In this document: one piece after another, positions 25,429-27,931 of the stretch
Layout: every line of letters starts with the position of its first letter
Position numbering within the stretch: the first letter of the stretch is position 1
DNA from: a virus
Taxonomy: Duplodnaviria; Caudoviricetes
DNA: 27,931 bases
Direction: 5' to 3' (one strand)
Virus record (IMG/VR): IMGVR_UViG_3300035659_001296
Span: 1 to 27,931 of that record
Program-made: the position numbers and the translations under genes
The notes under the pieces: model-generated
What the model was told of the DNA's origin: nothing
The model's database searches: none
The model's input: the letters and a program-made list of their open reading frames with translations, nothing else

Positions 25429-25863
25429 CTATTCGCCAGCGAGCTCAGCCACCAGTGGTTTCAGGAAGATCGGCAAGCCCAGTAGTCCACGCAAATCGGC
25501 CAGCGAGCCAATCTCGTGCACTTCCTCATCTTCCAGGGAGACGATCGTCAGATCTGCCAGTTCCGGAGCATCCTTTAGTTTCTGACTATCCCCGATCACC
25601 GTGCCCCCATGCAAAGTGATCCATGACAAGAGGGGCTGCAGGGCCGGCAGGACATCCAGATCCTTGATTTGGATCAGGACCCGCCAAGTGGACTGGAAGT
25701 CCGCGGCGTACAACACGGAATCCAGGTACTGTTGGGGAAACCCCCCACAGGGCAGCAGGATGACGAGCTCAACAGGCTCCTTCAAATTGGCCTCACAGCT
25801 GGCCGCTTCAATTTCTGTGACAGGAATCGCCGCCCGGAGGCAGATCGTCTGGCAGCAGGGCAT
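25429..25863 (-). CDS. Hypothetical protein (144 aa)
   Basis: Co-oriented ORF with a GGAG RBS 7 nt before the ATG; alpha/beta pattern; first gene after the regulatory region. Confidence 0.65.
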   Translation of the reverse strand: MPCCQTICLRAAIPVTEIEAASCEANLKEPVELVILLPCGGFPQQYLDSVLYAADFQSTWRVLIQIKDLDVLPALQPLLSWITLHGGTVIGDSQKLKDAPELADLTIVSLEDEEVHEIGSLADLRGLLGLPIFLKPLVAELAGE

Positions 25864-25884
25864 AGCAGTTCTCCAGGGAATCCG

Positions 25885-25928
25885 TATTCGCGAGCTATTC
25901 GCGAATGAGTCGCGAATGAGTCACGCAT
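25885..25928. repeat. Four degenerate 11-bp tandem units
   Basis: TATTCGCGAGC TATTCGCGAAT GAGTCGCGAAT GAGTCACGCAT; three units contain the palindrome TCGCGA. Confidence 0.85.
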
Positions 25929-25937
25929 GATCCCCGT

Positions 25938-25972
25938 ATGATGGCAAGTTGTTTCCCACAAGTCTATGGGAA
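25938..25972 (-). promoter_or_regulatory. Candidate sigma70-like promoter for the packaging/late operon
   Basis: Minus strand TAGACT-17 bp-CATCAT with TG one base upstream of the -10 (extended -10). The -35 is bracketed by a TTCCCA/TGGGAA inverted repeat. Each box matches consensus at only 4/6. Confidence 0.35.
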
Positions 25973-25992
25973 TCTCGCCTTGCACCGTCCCC

Positions 25993-26014
25993 CTGTCACT
26001 CGGTACAGTGACAG
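25993..26014. promoter_or_regulatory. Operator-like inverted repeat
   Basis: CTGTCACT-cggtac-AGTGACAG, perfect 8-bp arms in the largest intergenic gap. Confidence 0.45.
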
Positions 26015-26056
26015 CTACTCTATGCTGGGTGGTCGAACTCTGGGACGTGCTTGATG

Positions 26057-26094
26057 GGTGGGCTGGACTAGTTTCCGGCCCACCTATTTTTTAT
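26057..26094 (+). terminator. Intrinsic terminator-like hairpin, better formed on the plus strand
   Basis: GGTGGGCTGGA-ctagtt-TCCGGCCCACC (one G-U pair on the plus strand) followed by TATTTTTTAT. Confidence 0.5.
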
Positions 26095-26488
26095 CGATTT
26101 TGGGCTCACCATTCATGACAGGTCTCCCTGTACTCGGCAACTCTCCAGGATTCTCGGATAGTTCACCCGGGCCATTCGCCGCCAGCTGCTCCTGGCTTCT
26201 GCGGTAATGCTCCAACAAGACCCCGTATGCCGCCACCATCCGTTCGCACAGCGACAATAATTGCGGAAAACGCTGACTCACCGCCTCGGCCGCCGCGAGC
26301 CGCTGCAATCGCTGCTGTAACCAGTCGCGGAAACGTCTATCCCGGTGCGGCCAATCAGTTTCGTTGTCGTCGTCCACGAGTGATTCGTAATACGAAATCT
26401 CGTGGTGTAGTTGCTCGTTCTCGCGTCCGAGTTGCGAATAAGTTTTCGTGGTCCATACGCCACATGTTTTAGGTCGTAATTTCGTCAC
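26084..26488 (-). CDS. Hypothetical accessory coiled-coil protein
   Basis: 134 aa; start overlaps the end of the upstream gene; contains RLAAAEA. Confidence 0.65.
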   Translation of the reverse strand: MTKLRPKTCGVWTTKTYSQLGRENEQLHHEISYYESLVDDDNETDWPHRDRRFRDWLQQRLQRLAAAEAVSQRFPQLLSLCERMVAAYGVLLEHYRRSQEQLAANGPGELSENPGELPSTGRPVMNGEPKIDKK

Positions 26489-26882
26489 CGGTCATCTCCT
26501 TCGCCACTGCTGCGATATCATCAGCCCAGTCAGATCCCTCCGTGTCGACGGCGGCATTCCATAGAGCCTCGGCTGCGGCGAGCTTGGCGTGTAGCGTGGC
26601 AATCTCGCTCGTCAAGCCGATGTACCCTTCGGGCAGATCCACACAGCGAGCCTCGGCCGCTGCGAGCTTGGCTTGCAACTGATCCACCTCCAATGCCCAG
26701 GCGTCGTTCAGTCCACCCATGTCGAAGACTTGTTTTTCCAAGTCATTCCTTTCGCGAAACCAACGCATGGCCGCCCGCATGGCCACGCCGTACCGTTTCT
26801 CCCATGTTCCAAGGCTCTCAGTCATGTCCATCGAGTTCAACGCCGCGCGTTCCTCGTCCGTCATTCCAGGTAACTCATTCAT
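26469..26882 (-). CDS. Hypothetical accessory coiled-coil protein
   Basis: 137 aa; start overlaps the upstream stop; two KLAAAEA motifs. Confidence 0.7.
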   Translation of the reverse strand: MNELPGMTDEERAALNSMDMTESLGTWEKRYGVAMRAAMRWFRERNDLEKQVFDMGGLNDAWALEVDQLQAKLAAAEARCVDLPEGYIGLTSEIATLHAKLAAAEALWNAAVDTEGSDWADDIAAVAKEMTGDEITT

Positions 26883-27399
26883 CGCTCACCTGCCTTTCTA
26901 TCCTCGCGAACAAATCACAGGGAATGTTTGGTCCATTGGCCACCGCCTCTCGTAGCAGCGCCTCGGCATTATCTGCACGCTGTCGCTGTCGCCACGCTTC
27001 GTCCCAGGCAATGCCATCGGGATATGGTCTATTGGCGTCCATCAATCCCATGCCAGCACTCCTTGCCGTAACCGGTTCCATCGGCGTGCCTTCCGCGAAT
27101 CGCACGGGGATCGTGCCGGTCGTCGTCAGCTTGCGGGCCGCGTCGTACCAGTCGCGGTTGAGCAGTGCTTGCCGCCAGTAATCGTTGGGATGTTCGTTCG
27201 CCATAGCCGACTCAAAAGCATCCACGGCAGTCTCCAGCAGTTGCCGCAGGTCGTAAATCGTTCCATGGAGTTCGGCAACGGCGAGAATCGTTTCGGGCGT
27301 CACTCGTTCCGCCTCGGACGCCGCGAGCCGATCCGTCAGACGCTCGATCTCGTCGGCAGCAGCTTTCCCCCACTCGGGCGTAAACCCTCTATTGCTCAC
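26875..27399 (-). CDS. Hypothetical accessory protein (174 aa from GTG 27399)
   Basis: AAGGAGGTG RBS precedes GTG 27399, overlapping the upstream stop. Contains AADEIERL, RLAASEA and AEALLREA motifs typical of small phage accessory genes. Confidence 0.7.
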   Translation of the reverse strand: MSNRGFTPEWGKAAADEIERLTDRLAASEAERVTPETILAVAELHGTIYDLRQLLETAVDAFESAMANEHPNDYWRQALLNRDWYDAARKLTTTGTIPVRFAEGTPMEPVTARSAGMGLMDANRPYPDGIAWDEAWRQRQRADNAEALLREAVANGPNIPCDLFARIERQVSDE

Positions 27400-27613
27400 C
27401 TTGCACCTCCTTCGCTGCAATCGCAAACTCACAGCCACACCGAGAACAGAACACACACCCGTCGTCGGCACCAATGCACTCGAACGAGTCTAACTCGTGA
27501 TCGAAGCCGAGCTTGTGCAGCGGCGGACGATTGTCGTCCGCTGCCGTGTAGCCGCATTGCGGACAGGTGAGTGGCACGGGTTCTGCTAGTAGCGTCCGTT
27601 GGCGTTCAGTCAT
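27389..27613 (-). CDS. Small zinc-ribbon protein
   Basis: 74 aa with CPQC...CSRC; GGAG RBS; overlaps both neighbours. Confidence 0.7.
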   Translation of the reverse strand: MTERQRTLLAEPVPLTCPQCGYTAADDNRPPLHKLGFDHELDSFECIGADDGCVFCSRCGCEFAIAAKEVQGEQ

Positions 27614-27931
27614 CTCCGCCCCCGATCACCTCCTTCGCTCGCTGTTCCCAAGCATCCCATTGTTCTAAATCCATCCCCCGGCACGCCTCCCGCAGCAGCG
27701 CCTCATACGCCGCCAGCCGCGCATCGAACATGCCTTGAATCACTGAACACACAGCCACCATGAGCTGCCCGTTCTTGGATGTCGGATCAAACTCTCTCGT
27801 GTCCGTGCGAGTTTCGTATCCGTAGGCCGGAGCCATCGACTCATACAGTAGATGGAATCGTCGTGCCAGTTGCTCACCGTTCATGGGCAACTCTGCACAG
27901 CGAGCCTGAGCCGCCGCTATGAACAGCAGTT
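27606..27931 (-). CDS. Hypothetical accessory protein, probably starting beyond the right edge
   Basis: The frame of the 27606..27890 ORF stays open to the edge (LLFIAAAQARCAELPMNGEQLARRFHLLYE...). Confidence 0.65.
   Translation of the reverse strand, partial: LLFIAAAQARCAELPMNGEQLARRFHLLYESMAPAYGYETRTDTREFDPTSKNGQLMVAVCSVIQGMFDARLAAYEALLREACRGMDLEQWDAWEQRAKEVIGGGDD

Larger units (their letters stand above)
1..27931 (-). mobile_element. Tailed phage/prophage morphogenesis region with a Mu-like head module; no ends or att sites visible
   Basis: All credible ORFs are on the minus strand, tightly packed and often overlapping at stop/start, in the order terS-terL-portal-protease/scaffold-decoration-capsid-adaptor-tail tube-chaperone-tape measure. 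No integrase or host genes are present, so prophage versus free phage cannot be decided. Confidence 0.95.

Noticed and set aside
20780-25928. The short repeats at 20780-20836 and 25885-25928 as CRISPR arrays
   Set aside because: Units are 11-15 bp and directly adjacent, with no unique spacers and no cas genes.
74-27570. Many plus-strand ORFs in the track, some over 300 aa (e.g. 8200..9120, 11761..12774, 18318..19334)
   Set aside because: They are antisense shadows of well-supported minus-strand genes in GC-rich DNA and show no recognisable motifs.
1-27931. Host assignment, and tRNA or rRNA genes
   Set aside because: Some genes remind me of Planctomycetota prophages, but I cannot support that without a search. 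I saw no tRNA- or rRNA-like sequence, and intergenic space is minimal.

Overview
The whole window is one co-oriented, minus-strand stretch of a tailed (Caudoviricetes-type) phage or prophage, GC-rich and densely coded. Read from right to left it contains: a cluster of small, translationally coupled accessory genes; a structured intergenic regulatory region; two unknown genes; terminase small and large subunits; several small genes, one with a KTSC-like domain; a DUF935/Mu-gp29-type portal fused to extra cargo domains; a 2258-aa multidomain 'polyvalent' protein; three small genes and a strong intrinsic terminator; a Mu-gpI-like prohead protease with a nested scaffold, then a second free-standing scaffold paralog; two decoration paralogs; major capsid; a Mu-gp36-like adaptor; two tail-tube paralogs; a tail assembly chaperone with a -1 frameshift; and the start of a probable tape-measure gene that the ORF track missed because it runs off the left edge. 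The most striking signal is a sequence grammar shared by the portal and the giant protein. A [KR]-[YFH]-[AG]-x-[KR]-[WF]-x-E-x-x-HPR-x-x-DGKFA-x-KG motif occurs three times, and [FY]-[AS]-[TV]-R occurs seven times, nearly all at domain boundaries. This suggests a virion-packaged, protease-processed effector polyprotein system. All family names come from motif recognition by eye; no database searches were run.
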